Origin: Eledone cirrhosa
Taxonomy: Eukaryota
Direction: 5' to 3'
DNA: 64,000 bases
NCBI GenBank assembly: GCA_964016885.1
Contig: OZ024740.1
Span: 65,906,001-65,970,000, forward strand
The notes beneath the pieces were generated by a model that saw only the letters and a program-made list of their open reading frames with translations, did not search any database and was not told where the DNA came from. Both the position numbers and the translations under genes were made by a program. Shown one piece after another: positions 27,354 to 41,878 of this stretch. Each line of letters starts with the position of its first letter. Within the stretch, counting starts at the first letter, position 1.

Positions 27354-28899
27354 GCGGCGATGAATTAGTTTTGCGAGGTTTTTTATATGAAATCGCGTGT
27401 CGAAACAGATATTGTTATATTTGGGGAGGGTCATAGTGTGCTAAACCCATGGCCTCCAAATACCTGATACTCAAAAACTCAGCAATGTCCAGTAGTGCTA
27501 AGTTTAATATTCTGATCGCAGATTTGGTACGAGTGATGAAGAATGTGTCCAGCATGTGCGACCCAACAGAAATGGAAGGACACATCCAACACTTCATCAA
27601 CCGCATGCAGTTCTCTGGCTACAACCAAAGAGACAGAGTCAGAGTATACGAAGGAGCCATGGAAAAGTATAAGACCCTCATAGAACTGGACATGAAAGGA
27701 ATTTGCCCACTATACAGGAGCAAATCATGGAATAGCTTAGATAGGGCTAGACATAAGATAGGGAAGGCCACATCATGGTACGACAACCAGAGATATCAGA
27801 GTGTCATGTTTGTGGACGCCACCCCTGGAGGGAAATTAGCTAACCAGTGTAGAAAGGCCCTGAGAAAGACCCACTTAAAAATAAAGGTGGTAGAAAAGCC
27901 AGGAACCACCATAAAATCCCTGATCAGCAAAACCTACCCTTTTAAGAAAACCCACTGTACCAATAGGAAATGTATCATATGTAAGGTGAACCCCCGGATA
28001 AACTGTAAAACTAGAAACGTAGTCTATAGCATAAGATGTACAGAGGGTACTTGCAGAAACATGACAACAACATACATAGGTGAGACAGCTCGTAGCATAG
28101 GTGAAAGGATAGACCAACACTGGGGGGAACTAAAAGGACGAAAAAACGGGTCAGTACTATACGAACATGCTAGACAACAACATGACGGTAACATAGACAA
28201 CATAGAAATTAGAATAATATCTAAACATAGGAATGACCCAGCAGATAGGCAAATCAGAGAGGCCAGTGAGATAGAAATTAGAAGACCAAAGCTAAACAGA
28301 AAGAATGAGTGGAACAACAACATCACCCAAACAAACAACACTGACCTAAGAGAAGTATAAATAAGTAAATAAAATTAAATAAAATAAGATAAATAAATAA
28401 ATAAATAAATAAATAAATACATACACAAGCACATAAACACACACTAGTCACCCAGCAGACACAACACTATACACACTAGTCACACATCACACATAACACT
28501 ATACACACACGCAAACGCATGCGCAAAGAAGACAAAATAAAATAAGATAAACAAACAAGCAAATAAATAAATAAATATATAGACAGACTGAACAAAAAAA
28601 ATGGCGTAGACATACAACACAACAGGAGGAACAATGAATATAACACCATTGACGATGTTACAGATGTGCAACGAAAGATTTATGTAAATTATGTAAACTA
28701 TATATACGTGTTTGTGTCTATATTGTATCTGTATTATTTTTTGACCGCCGGTCAGTCAATGGCAACATTGAGGACCGAGTAAGTTAGATCGCAGATATAT
28801 ATATATAAAAGACAGCGAGAAGCGAAAACCAACCAAACAGTGAGTGTGTTCTGTTATTAATTCTGGCAATATTACGCAAATATGACCCTCCGCAAATAT

Positions 28900-28908
<9 letters not shown>
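27354..28908 (+). mobile_element. 5'-truncated copy of the Neptune-type PLE with 3' pLTR and inverted 5' piece (27354-27434)
   Basis: Homologous to 1-250 and 3150-3740; (TA)n on both sides; HHR-like core at 28646-28676. Confidence 0.9.
27449..28360 (+). CDS. PLE RT thumb + Cys linker + GIY-YIG endonuclease (open remnant)
   Basis: CTNRKCIIC..NCKTRNVVYSIRC..TYIGETARSIGERIDQH..RQIREA..PKLNRKNE. Confidence 0.85.
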   Translation: MASKYLILKNSAMSSSAKFNILIADLVRVMKNVSSMCDPTEMEGHIQHFINRMQFSGYNQRDRVRVYEGAMEKYKTLIELDMKGICPLYRSKSWNSLDRARHKIGKATSWYDNQRYQSVMFVDATPGGKLANQCRKALRKTHLKIKVVEKPGTTIKSLISKTYPFKKTHCTNRKCIICKVNPRINCKTRNVVYSIRCTEGTCRNMTTTYIGETARSIGERIDQHWGELKGRKNGSVLYEHARQQHDGNIDNIEIRIISKHRNDPADRQIREASEIEIRRPKLNRKNEWNNNITQTNNTDLREV

Positions 28909-28949
<41 letters not shown>

Positions 28950-29403
28950 GTACATATATATATATATACATATATATAAGTTGACGGTTGATGCTATCAC
29001 AATTCCAGGAAGTATGGTGATATCGTGCCAGACACTGTGCTATTCCCTGCTACCTGGGGATAGACAGATGCAAAATATATCGGAAGTCGGAAATGAGGTT
29101 GTCACATATGTGCAATTCAGTGAGGGCAGTCAACAATTGTATAAATATGATCAGTGACTTAACGGATCATCAAATCATCGAATAACGACATCAACGTTTT
29201 TTATATACCCCACAAATTAACTATGGCAATTATCAAAAATTAATACAGTTAACATTAAAGAATTGATAATCGGGTAAGTCATGAAACAAGAACAAAGAAA
29301 ACTATAGATACAAAAGGTGTGCCTATGTCTCTGTGTGTGTGAGTGTGTATGTATGTGTGATGACGTGTATGTTTGTGTGTGTGCGTATATGTGTGTGTCT
29401 GTG

Positions 29404-29473
<70 letters not shown>

Positions 29474-29529
29474 TGTGTGTGCGTGTCTGTGCGCTTAAAA
29501 AAGCAAAGACAATAACATGTATTTTTTTC

Positions 29530-31950
29530 ACTTCCAGCTCAAGCTAAATAAATTATATTCAATGTCTTTACTACATGACTAGAACATAGTTTACGCTATG
29601 ATTAATTTGGGCATTGTTTCAAATAGTGGACGGTATTGGCAAAACCTGAATAGAGACGTTATGGATTACCAGGAAAGCCCCCCATAGAATTGAGAATGTT
29701 ATTAGAATAACTATTTACAGTGATTTATTCAAACAGCATATCAATGTTAATTGATAATTGATCATTACAATACAAGGACGTGCAATGTGTTATGAGTACA
29801 TTAGCTTTTCTCACCAAATAATCAACAAAGACCTTGTTCAGACTGCTTGGAGTCAGAGTGTTTGGAAAGTTGTGTAAACAGTCGCTATTTCAGGTCATGT
29901 TGAATATCTACACTCGTTTTTAAAGTTATCAAACTAACATTTCCAAGACCGAAAGTTGATATCCTCTAACAGGAAATCTGATTCACACCAGAGAAATCAA
30001 TCATAACACAGCCAAATAAAATTGAAATTGAAGGCAGAAATCTGAAGATTTTCACCGGCAAGAAGACCAACAACATCCGAATACGTTTTAAATTTAATAT
30101 GTGCAACTCGGGAGATGATGGAAAACAAGGCTTCAAGCATTCAGAAAGGCGTCAAATAATTGATTGTGAAAGAGTAAACCAAGGTTAAACTTAAGAAGCA
30201 GGAAGGCGAGAATGAGATAGCTGTTAGAGATTGACAGAAAGGATCATTATGGTACGAGTTACTTAAGGAGCTGATTTATATGCTGGTGGTGGAAGAACGG
30301 CTGATAACTTAGTTTGAACTAACCAGCGACGGGTCCACAAACTCATAGGTATAATTTTTAGAAGTGATACAGAATGCGCAGGATTATGGTGCCGTTGTGT
30401 GTTGGAACTTGTTAAGGGTATTGATGAATTTTCATCATGGTATGTCAGGTGATCCGTGTCCTGACATATATCATCGTTTACTGATTTAGCGGATTGGTTT
30501 TGGACCGTGCTGTTGAAAACCATATATTCCTCAGAATGAATGACGTTTTGGGCTTGAGACAAGTTAGTCTATGAATTCCCTACGGTTTTAAGCAACCAAG
30601 TTTATTTAAAGCCATTTACCAGAAACATGTAACAGTATTATTTTAGTTTCGTGGAATATTTCACCATTCAGATCAACCAAAAGAAAAAGATCAAATAAAA
30701 GAACATGAATCCTGTTGCTTCATCGCCAGCACACACGGAATAACCTCTCTCTTTGACATAGATAGATTAAACCAATGTGCAAAACAAAGAGAGCATCAGC
30801 ACATCTTATGATAAAGAATAAACGAAATTTCCTTTTCTTCAAGTAAACCAATTAAGCAGACCAAGTTACTGAATTTGCCATCAATATATCGTAGCCGAAA
30901 CAGCACAAAAAAATGTTAATATTTTGAATAGATAACATTGAAGTAGATGCAGTAGATTTTGAAACGCTCAAAACTCTCGCAATGAGAGTAGGAAGTATCA
31001 AAATGTTTCAGCTTTGCAAATTACACAATGAGCGAAGAATTATCTAGATATATATATTAATATTTCTTCCAGCAACATCCGCATTATATACAGGATTTTT
31101 TGGCTATAAAGGCCAATATATGCGCATCAGTATGTCAACATTTCGTTGTATGAATACCATATTAGTCTCCAATATAGACATTAGATATACAGTAACATAT
31201 TTTGAATCATATGCTTCTTCTATATCAACATCTTTAATTACATAGAATATATATTAATACAAGTCTAAACTTAACGTCATCTCTACAATTATATTTCTGG
31301 ATTATTGCTGAAGAGTTTTTAATTATTCACAAAATCACAGCAGTCAAAGATTACGAACAAGTATAATATGTTGAATATATTAAATTTAGTCTTAACGAGA
31401 AATTAAAAACAAACAAAAAAATGTGACGAGTGTTTTATTTGAATATGATGTAGAGGTTATTGATGCTCAGACAAAAGAAAAATCGATTCTCTTATTGCAC
31501 TATCTTTATTAATTGCAGATTTCATTTATGGAAGTATATCTATTCCTATTTGACAGTAGCACTCTATCATTCCATTGGCAACCCGTTGAACTTTCACTGT
31601 ATTGATTCGCCGATGTTAAAAACTATTCTTCGCTTAGATTATTAATGTGTACGTCAATGCACTAGCGGGAAATAAATAGCCAATGGTATTATGTTTCTTT
31701 TCAATATCACTCTTTTACGAGAGATTTACACTGCATTTCTAAGACTTCAGTATAGAGAGTAACTTAGTTTAAGCTAACCATTTTAAAGATTGGATATTGT
31801 TGTCTTTTAAAGTTTTGTGTTAACAATGATATAAATTGTATGGTTTCAACAAGTTTGTTCAAATTCCAGGCATGTCTAAAGTATAGTTTCAATGTTTCGA
31901 TATGTGACAACATTATTAATATTTTAAGGTATATCTGAACAGGCCGCACG
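29530..31950 (-). pseudogene. Decayed hAT transposase
   Basis: Manual translation gives FGYD..GKFS, CFAHWFNL (cf. C.AH.LNL), LWTRRW (cf. LC.TRW) and a dimerisation-domain-like remnant at ~29530-29680, in the expected order. Confidence 0.5.
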
Positions 31951-32223
31951 GACAGCAATACAATCTTATTCAATACACGATGGAACGATATTTACAAAAT
32001 ACAAAAGAATATATTTTGCTTTAAATCTGTAAGCTTATGAATTTTAATCATTAAGGATTATATTTACGGATTTGTGTAGACACTTCTTAAGTTCGTAAAA
32101 CACGCGATTCTTCGGTTTAATCCTGAAAAATGAAGATAGGTAATACTGAAATGTATATATAGTATACAAATATGTTTGGGGTAAATAGAATCAAATTCAT
32201 GAATGCTACACACACACACACAA

Positions 32224-32299
<76 letters not shown>

Positions 32300-32302
<3 letters not shown>

Positions 32303-32593
32303 GAGTGAAGGGTCCATGCATGCAACGCACGCAGTGCATGCGTTATAGAATTTTGAGTTGATCAATTGCGTCGGTAGAAGCAAGCAGAAATTTGGCTGCT
32401 TACTAAAACGTATAGACACATAAAAAGATAACATACACACTAGATAACACTGCATACAGCTTTGACCGGTAGGGTCATTTAGAGGGAATTGGTGGTGGTG
32501 GTGGGTGGGGTGGGGGGGTAAGGCAGCACAGCCCCACATTCCGCCATGGCGATTGGACTGCATGCCCGGCTTTACAGGTTACCCTTCGCCACT
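32300..32593. mobile_element. Possible hAT-type MITE
   Basis: Imperfect TIRs CAGGAGTGAAGGGT / CAGTGGCGAAGGGT; (TA)n flanks. Confidence 0.5.
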
Positions 32594-32679
32594 GATATAT
32601 ATATATATATTAAAATAACAGATTAAAGTTTAAGCAAAAAATTGTTGCTTTCACCATTAACGGGATCTTCTGAAACTAA

Positions 32680-32823
32680 AGTTCAAATCCCGCCGAGGTT
32701 AACTTTGCCTTTCATCCTTACGGGGTCGATAAAATAAAGTACCACTGGGATAATTGATGGCCTTGTGCCAAAAGTAGAAACAATTATTATTAATACTATT
32801 ATTATTGTTATTATTATTATTAT
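32680..32823 (+). mobile_element. SINE S1, 5'-truncated, with ATT tail
   Basis: B box, core and tail. Confidence 0.9.
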
Positions 32824-33460
32824 TGTTCTTTGAGTCTCAATCATTGATGTTAGTTAACTGGAAAGTTTGTTGAAATGAATATCAAGCCACTACCTGCAGC
32901 CTCAGATATTCAGAACGTATCGGAGGGTACTTGCTGTTCCCAGCAAGCATGCCTTTTGAAGTGTTCCAAAAAGCGGTGCGGAACCAATTTTCTTTAATCA
33001 TCCTTGGAAACTCTTTGAGGTTCTACCTAGTGCGCCTATAACAATCGGGACCACTTTGACGTCATGGTAGTTCCAAATCCTTTTTACCTCGCACTTTAAG
33101 TCCTGGTATCGGTTAATTTGCTCCCTCTCCTTCTCTTGTAGTCTCGTGTTGAATGGGCAGGCTACATCCACAATCAGGCACGACCTTTTTCCCTTGTCAA
33201 TACCACCAGGTCAGGTTAAATTCTGTTCGAGTTTCTTGTCCGTCTGTATCGTAAAATCCCACAGCATCTTCATGTGATCGTTTTCCATCACCGACTCTGG
33301 CTTATGCTCATACCACTTCTCAGAATGTGGTAAATTGTTTACTTTGCATAGGTGTCAGTGGATCACCCTGCCCATCACATCATGTCTCCAGCCTTTATAG
33401 TAAGTCTGGGCTAGGTGTTTACACTCGGATACAATGTGAGCCAAACTCTCCTCTCTCTCT
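32824..33460 (-). mobile_element. R4/Dong family A 3' fragment
   Basis: Homologous to 13258-13890. Confidence 0.9.
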
Positions 33461-33486
33461 ATTATTATTATTATTATTATTATTAC

Positions 33487-36400
33487 AGCTGCATTTATCT
33501 TGCTTTATGTTCATACGAGTTATCACCAAGTCACAACCAGTGACCTCAAGAGACAACAAGGTCCGCCATGTTCAAGAAAGAACATACATATTCACACATG
33601 CATCTTTAGGTGTTTAGACCTGTGATGTACTTATATTGACAGGATCTTCCTTAGTATATGGGCAGTTCCCATTAGTACTATCTTTTGTATTTCTCCTATA
33701 CGCGGGTTTCCTGGGATTATGATAAGTAATCATTAGACCCCTTAGGTATCATTCCTAGAGCGCCTACAACCACTGTTATTGTTTTAGTTCTCAATTTCCA
33801 CATTTTTCCAATTTCTATCTCCAGGTCCTTATACTTGCTCAAGTTTTCAAATGTTTTTATAGATACATTCTTGTCTATTGGAACTGACATATCAATTAGC
33901 AGGCATACCCTCTTTTTAAAGTCCTTCAATATTATATCAGGTCTATTTGCATCTATTTTTCGGTCTGTTTGGATGCTAAAGTTCCACAAGATTGGGATGT
34001 GATCTTTTTCAAGGATGGGAGGTGGTTGATTCTCCCACCAATTCTTTTGATGGGGCAGGTCAAAATGCTTACACATTATCCAATGTATGTATTGTGCAGC
34101 TCTGTCATGCCTGTTTAGGTATTCGGTTGGAGCTGTAGGACTGCACATTGAAATTATATGGTCAATGGTCTCTGGTTGTTTTTTACATACACGGCATAAT
34201 GGGCTGCATCCATTTTTTATTATGTTGGCTTGGTAATTTTTTGTTGGCAGACAGTGATCTTGTGCTTATATAATCAGTCCTTCAGTCTCCGATTTCAGTC
34301 CAGAGGATGCCAACCACTGATGGGTTAAAGTTTTGTCAACATCAGGATTGTTAGCTTGTTCTGGGTATTTTCCATACAGAGGCTTTTCTTGCCATTTCTT
34401 AGCCAGTTTCTGTAGCAGTTCTTTCTTTGCAGTTATTTTTACCTACTTTGCTTTTTCTGTGATTTCCATTTCAGCAGTAAATAGGACTTCTGAAATTTGT
34501 AGTCCATTACTGTATCTTTGTGCATCTTTTGTAATGGAGTATGATCTTTTGATGCTTTCGTGTTTCAAAACAAGTTTGATCATCCAATCATGTGATTCCC
34601 TTAGATATGTAGATAATGCAATTGTTGCAGTTTTCAACGCAATGTCTAATTAGATTAACCAACGTCCTCCTTCTTTCCTAGTGAGATATATTCTATCTGT
34701 ATCTGCCTTAGGGTGAATCATTCTGTGCATGGTTAAGAATTTTCGAATTTTTGTATCAAGCCTACGGATCTCTGTGCTTGACCAGTTGATGACATTGTAA
34801 CTGTAGGTCACTACTGGTATGGCAAGCGTGTTTATGGCATCGATCCTATTCCTTGCATTCAATTCCGTTCTTAAGATTGCTCTTACTCTGCGGTAACATT
34901 ACTTCCTTATCCTTTCCCTCATTGTCGAGTGCTTGATTCCGTCTCCTTCACAAACACCTAGATATTTGTAAGTTTGTTCTTGATCAAGCTCTCTTATCCC
35001 ATTCCCCCGATCAAGATTAATGTCTGAACTTTTCAGCAGCTTTCCTCTGGTGAACGTTGCTTTGCCGCATTTATCTAGTCCAAACACCATTTTAATGTCA
35101 TCACTGAACTGCTCCAGTGTGGATAATAGCCCTTGCAATTGTTCATCATTTTTTGCAAATAGTTTCAGGTCATCCATGTAGAACAAATGGTTAATGGTTT
35201 TGTCGTAGACTTTATATCCATGTTTCGTTTCATTGAGCATTTTACTTAATGGTATAAGTGCGATGCAGAATAAAAGCGGTGATAAAGAGTCACCCTGAAA
35301 AATTCCACAATTACTATTTACTTCTCCAGCTTCCAGTGATTTTGTTTCACTATTCAAAAGGAGTGTCGTTTTCCATGTCTTCATACTGAATGACGAAAAC
35401 CACCTGACAGCGGGAGATATTTTGAAAATCTCTAAGCATTTTTCAGTCCAACTGTGTGGCAAACTATCGAATGCTTTTTTATAATCTATCCAATCAATTG
35501 ATAGATTTTTGTGTCTATTATGACAATCTTCCAGTATCATTTTGTTAACCAAAAGCTGATCCTTACAGCCATATGAGCCTCGTTTACACCCTTTCTGCTC
35601 AATACGAAATAGGTCATTTGTTATCAGGTGGTCATATGTATATTCAGTTAGGACTGATGTTAACATTTTATACATTGTGGTCAAGCAAGTTATCGGTCTG
35701 TAATTTTTGGGATTGTTTGTCTCATCATTCTTCGGAAGCAGGAATGTAATGCCGTTAATTAGCCATGATGGTATCTTTTCTGGCTCCCTAACTATTCCAT
35801 TGTAAAGTTGGGCTAACAGCTCATGAGACTCTGTGAAGGCATTTATCCAAACATTTTGTATTTTGTCTTTTCCTGAGGATTTCCATTTGCTGGTTTCTCT
35901 TAGAGCCAAGCGCAACTGTTCAACTGTTATATTTTCCCATATGTGTTCTTCAAGGTGAGCTATATCTTTCATTTGTCTGTCTCTCCATGGGGCATGTATG
36001 TTATGAACTTTTTCTTCGGCCCAGATCTTTTCCCAGAATTCTTGCACTTCCTCCTTGGGTGGTATTGATTTAGCAGTTATTGTTGACTTACCAATTTTTC
36101 TGTAGAAGTTTCTTTGGTTGATTTTGAACATATTATTGTCCTCATAGAATCTAGATCGTTTTTCAAAGCGCCTTATACGAGCAGCTTTTGCCGACACTTT
36201 TTGCTTGATTATTTCTATCAGCACGTCTATGTCACTTGTTGATTTTATACTGTACTTTCTTTTCAATATTCTAAGTTTAGTTTGTTTAACATGTTCACCT
36301 ACTTTATAGTTTGTTAACATTTCTATGTCAGATCGGAGAAGGTTTATTTGGCGATTGATGTTGTCTTGCCAAGTAGATTTCTTGTGGGAATTCCTTTGTT

Positions 36401-37480
36401 TTTTCATCTTCACTCCACATAAGTGAGTGGTGACATTAGCCGATGCATAATAGAGATGATTTAAATCAGTAATGTTTAGTTTGTTTGTGATGATAATGTT
36501 TTTGAGAATTATGTTAGTCTTGTGTATTATCTTTTGGTTCTGTTTGGAGTTCTGGATCTTAGGGAGGGTGTCTCGTTGCCCCATGTCAGATTCTTTCATT
36601 TTCATCCATTCGATCATAATTTCATCCTTCAAGTTGGCAAGTTCATTCTCATTCATTTCTTTATCAGTTACGATCTCATTATTTTCATTTGGAGTTTCAT
36701 CCTGAGCATGCACTCCCTCCACTTTTTCGATCCTTTCTTTAATTTGTTCTGTTGCCAGTGATTCCGCCCCAACCCTGGGATTCGAAGTGTTACAATTTAC
36801 CTCGTTTTCACTGACACATGTTTCATTTTCCCTTAGCTGACTTTGTGCTAATAGCTTGATCTGATCAATTTCTATATCAGTTAGTAACTTTTTTTTAACA
36901 ATATTTCTTCGTATATTGGCTAGTTTGTTACTGTCAATATAGCCTCTGTTTTCGGGATGCTTCTTTTTCCAGTTGATATATGTCTTTTCTGTATTCGATG
37001 TATTTGATGGGTAGTACATGGCAGTGTAGAAAGCCTCAAGGACGTCTTTATTATCTTCCCTTGACCATTTTCTCTCTTTTTCTTTGGATTTCTTGGTGGT
37101 GAGCATGGAGGGCCAACAGTAGGAGCATTCCGGTTATGGGAGGTCTCCAGCTCCGAAGTGATGGGAAGGTTTGAACCATTAGCTGATTGTTCGACCCCAG
37201 TCTGGTTCCTCTCTGAGGGACGCGGCCCTTTTTACCCGGGTGACGGCCGATCCGGTATGAGATTTTATCAATAGACATTTACTTTATTTTGACGCCTTTT
37301 ATCCTTATCCACCAAGGCGTAATCATTTCATGTCACCACTTCTAGAACGAGTGTCAACCAAGACTAGAGGGGTCGTTCTCCCCTAGAGACACGGCTATTC
37401 CCCACCGGCCGCCATCCCGGTATTTCTTGGTCACGGGGTTTTCTTTTTTGTTGTTTTTTAAAATTGTTATTATCATGAGT
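33487..37480 (-). mobile_element. R4/Dong-clade retrotransposon (family B), essentially full length with few disruptions
   Basis: RT plus CRVC..ETIDHIISMC, RHD, RPDII, LIDMSVP, KYKDL and VVGALG; 3' end followed by (TAA)n at 33461-33485. Confidence 0.92.
34899..37106 (-). CDS. R4/Dong reverse transcriptase (735-aa open portion)
   Basis: NYRPITCL, EQKGCKRGSYGCKDQL, WIDYKKAFDS, GIFQGDSLSPLLF, HLFYMDDLK and YKYLG. Confidence 0.9.
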   Translation of the reverse strand: MLTTKKSKEKERKWSREDNKDVLEAFYTAMYYPSNTSNTEKTYINWKKKHPENRGYIDSNKLANIRRNIVKKKLLTDIEIDQIKLLAQSQLRENETCVSENEVNCNTSNPRVGAESLATEQIKERIEKVEGVHAQDETPNENNEIVTDKEMNENELANLKDEIMIEWMKMKESDMGQRDTLPKIQNSKQNQKIIHKTNIILKNIIITNKLNITDLNHLYYASANVTTHLCGVKMKKQRNSHKKSTWQDNINRQINLLRSDIEMLTNYKVGEHVKQTKLRILKRKYSIKSTSDIDVLIEIIKQKVSAKAARIRRFEKRSRFYEDNNMFKINQRNFYRKIGKSTITAKSIPPKEEVQEFWEKIWAEEKVHNIHAPWRDRQMKDIAHLEEHIWENITVEQLRLALRETSKWKSSGKDKIQNVWINAFTESHELLAQLYNGIVREPEKIPSWLINGITFLLPKNDETNNPKNYRPITCLTTMYKMLTSVLTEYTYDHLITNDLFRIEQKGCKRGSYGCKDQLLVNKMILEDCHNRHKNLSIDWIDYKKAFDSLPHSWTEKCLEIFKISPAVRWFSSFSMKTWKTTLLLNSETKSLEAGEVNSNCGIFQGDSLSPLLFCIALIPLSKMLNETKHGYKVYDKTINHLFYMDDLKLFAKNDEQLQGLLSTLEQFSDDIKMVFGLDKCGKATFTRGKLLKSSDINLDRGNGIRELDQEQTYKYLGVCEGDGIKHSTMRERIRK

Positions 37481-37519
37481 GGTTCCTTAATGTGAGCATT
37501 GCGTGGCTTAAGAATGAAA

Positions 37520-37575
37520 TTATTAATAATTGTCTCCACTCCAGGCACAAGGCCAGCAATTTCCCAGTGCATTAC
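37520..37575 (-). mobile_element. SINE S1 3' fragment
   Basis: GGCACAAGGCCAGCAATTTCCCAGTGCATTAC. Confidence 0.7.
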
Positions 37576-37699
37576 AATAATATAATATACTTTTGCTGAA
37601 GTTGCCTATTATTGTTGTTGGCTATGTCGGTGGTGGTGCTGGGGCTTTTTATATTGTTGGTGAGGAAGGGGGGAGCCAGCAGTGCCATAGTTGTTGACG

Positions 37700-38490
37700 T
37701 TTGGCCGGTGGCCGGCTCACTAAGTCAATCTATTTATATATTTTGCTAGCCTCTCCCTTGTCTAGTGATACCACCACCTTCCCCTTTCTTAAGTTAACAG
37801 GGGAATAGTGGTGGTAGCAATGAAGGAGTGCTGGCGGCGGTGATGATATACTGGTAGCAATAATGGATGGAGTGGTGGCAGCGGTGGCGTTGTCGTTACT
37901 GAGTTTTGTTGAATGGACTAGTTTTGTTTGATATGTAGTATCTATGCGTTTGTGTCGCGTATGTTTAATATATGTGTTGAATAGACTAGTTTTGTTTGAT
38001 CTGTAGTATCTATGCGTTTGTGTCGCGTATGTTTAATATATGTGTTGACATATTTCCTTAATATTGGAATTAAACATTTTGTTAAAACTTGAGACAATAA
38101 TAATAGTAATTATTCTAATGATGCTGCGATTGGTGGTGGTGGTGGTGAAATTGCCGTTATCTGGCTGTTATATTTAGTGTACACAGCGGGGTGATGGGGT
38201 AGGTGGTGTATCAAGTTTCTGGTGTTGGTGAAATTGCTGTTATTTGGCTGTTCTATATAGTGTAGACAGAGGGTGTTTTTTTCCCATTTATAACCATTTT
38301 CTTTTTTTGAATACAAAATATATAATACAAAATTGAATATTTGAGCGATATAACAATATATTATGGATCCGAAATTTTATGAGACTTGATTCGGTGGTTT
38401 ATGCATTATTTGTACTAAGAATTGTTATTTCACAATTGATTTAAATATGTTAAAAATCAAAAATTTACGGGAGCGATTTCATGACCTATT
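37700..38490. repeat. Repeat X, second copy, with an internal 68-bp tandem duplication (37916-38048)
   Basis: Similar to 17285-17800; GACTAGTTTTGTTTGAT at 37916 and 37984. Confidence 0.65.
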
Positions 38491-38513
38491 ACCACCACGT
38501 GCGTTTTCTTCCC

Positions 38514-40380
<1,867 letters not shown>

Positions 40381-40383
40381 TTA

Positions 40384-40431
<48 letters not shown>

Positions 40432-40553
40432 AATATAGACATAGAATATTCGAAAATATTCTGTATGTTTATAATAAACATTTTGAAGACCTAATCGCTA
40501 TAGAATAGAATACGTCACGTATTACAATTAGATTCTCGATAAAAGCAAGGGAA

Positions 40554-40596
40554 GTAATCTACGCGTTTCATTCTTGTTAGAAATCATCAGGACTAC
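40554..40596 (-). ncRNA. Type I hammerhead H1 (also at 40864-40906 and 41174-41216)
   Basis: GTAGTC CTGATGA T TTCT AACA AGAA T GAAAC GC GTA GATTAC. Confidence 0.9.
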
Positions 40597-41835
40597 ATAT
40601 CCAGTGCTTTTATCGAGAATGACACAGCTAGAGACTTATAGAATACTTAGCTGTGTACAGGAACTGGTTTGAAAGAGCGGTTGCCGGTCCGGCAGAAATT
40701 AGAAATTGGAATAAATGCTCTGAAATAGCGATATATATGTGAATATAGACATAGAATATTCGAAAATATTCTGTATGTTTATAATAAACATTTTGAAGAC
40801 CTAATCGCTATAGAATAGAATACGTCACGTATTACAATTAGATTCTCGATAAAAGCAAGGGAAGTAATCTACGCGTTTCATTCTTGTTAGAAATCATCAG
40901 GACTACATATCCAGTGCTTTTATCGAGAATGACACAGCTAGAGACTTATAGAATACTTAGCTGTGTACAGGAACTGGTTTGAAAGAGCGGTTGCCGGTCC
41001 GGCAGAAATTAGAAATTGGAATAAATGCTCTGAAATAGCGATATATATGTGAATATAGACATAGAATATTCGAAAATATTCTGTATGTTTATAATAAACA
41101 TTTTGAAGACCTAATCGCTATAGAATAGAATACGTCACGTATTACAATTAGATTCTCGATAAAAGCAAGGGAAGTAATCTACGCGTTTCATTCTTGTTAG
41201 AAATCATCAGGACTACATATCCAGTGCTTTTATCGAGAATGACACAGCTAGAGACTTATAGAATACTTAGCTGTGTACAGGAACTGGTTTGAAAGAGCGG
41301 TTGCCGGTCCGGCAGAAATTAGAAATTGGAATAAATGCTCTGAAATAGCGATATATATGTGAATATAGACATAGAATATTCGAAAATATTCTGTATGTTT
41401 ATAATAAACATTTTGAAGACCTAATCGCTATAGAATAGAATACGCTCTTTCAAACCAGTTCCTGTACACAGCTAAGTATTCTATAAGTCTCTAGCTGTGT
41501 CATTCTCGATAAAAGCACTGGATATGTAGTCCTGATGATTTCTAACACGAATGAAACGCGTAGATTACTTCCCTTGCTTTTATCGAGAATCTAATTGTAA
41601 TACGTGACGTATTCTATTCTATAGCGATTAGGTCTTCAAAATGTTTATTATAAACATACAGAATATTTTCGAATATTCTATGTCTATATTCACATATATA
41701 TCGCTATTTCAGAGCATTTATTCAAATTTCTAATTTCTGCCGGACCGGCAACCGCTCTTTCAAACCAGTTCCTGTACACAGCTAAGTATTCTATAAGTCT
41801 CTAGCTGTGTCATTCTCGATAAAAGCACTGGATAT

Positions 41836-41878
41836 GTAGTCCTGATGATTTCTAACAAGAATGAAACGCGTAGATTAC
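41836..41878 (+). ncRNA. Type I hammerhead H1 (also at 41526-41568, 42146-42188 and 42456-42498)
   Basis: Same motif; helix I is extended by the 16-bp pair ATTCTCGATAAAAGCA/TGCTTTTATCGAGAAT beyond an internal loop. Confidence 0.9.

Noticed and set aside
30263-30562. 99-aa ORF as a host exon
   Set aside because: Better explained as part of a decayed hAT transposase; no splice or gene context.
40470-40525. Second, opposite-polarity hammerhead in the 310-bp unit (TTGAAGA..GAATACGTC)
   Set aside because: The core deviates and no convincing helix I or II can be drawn.
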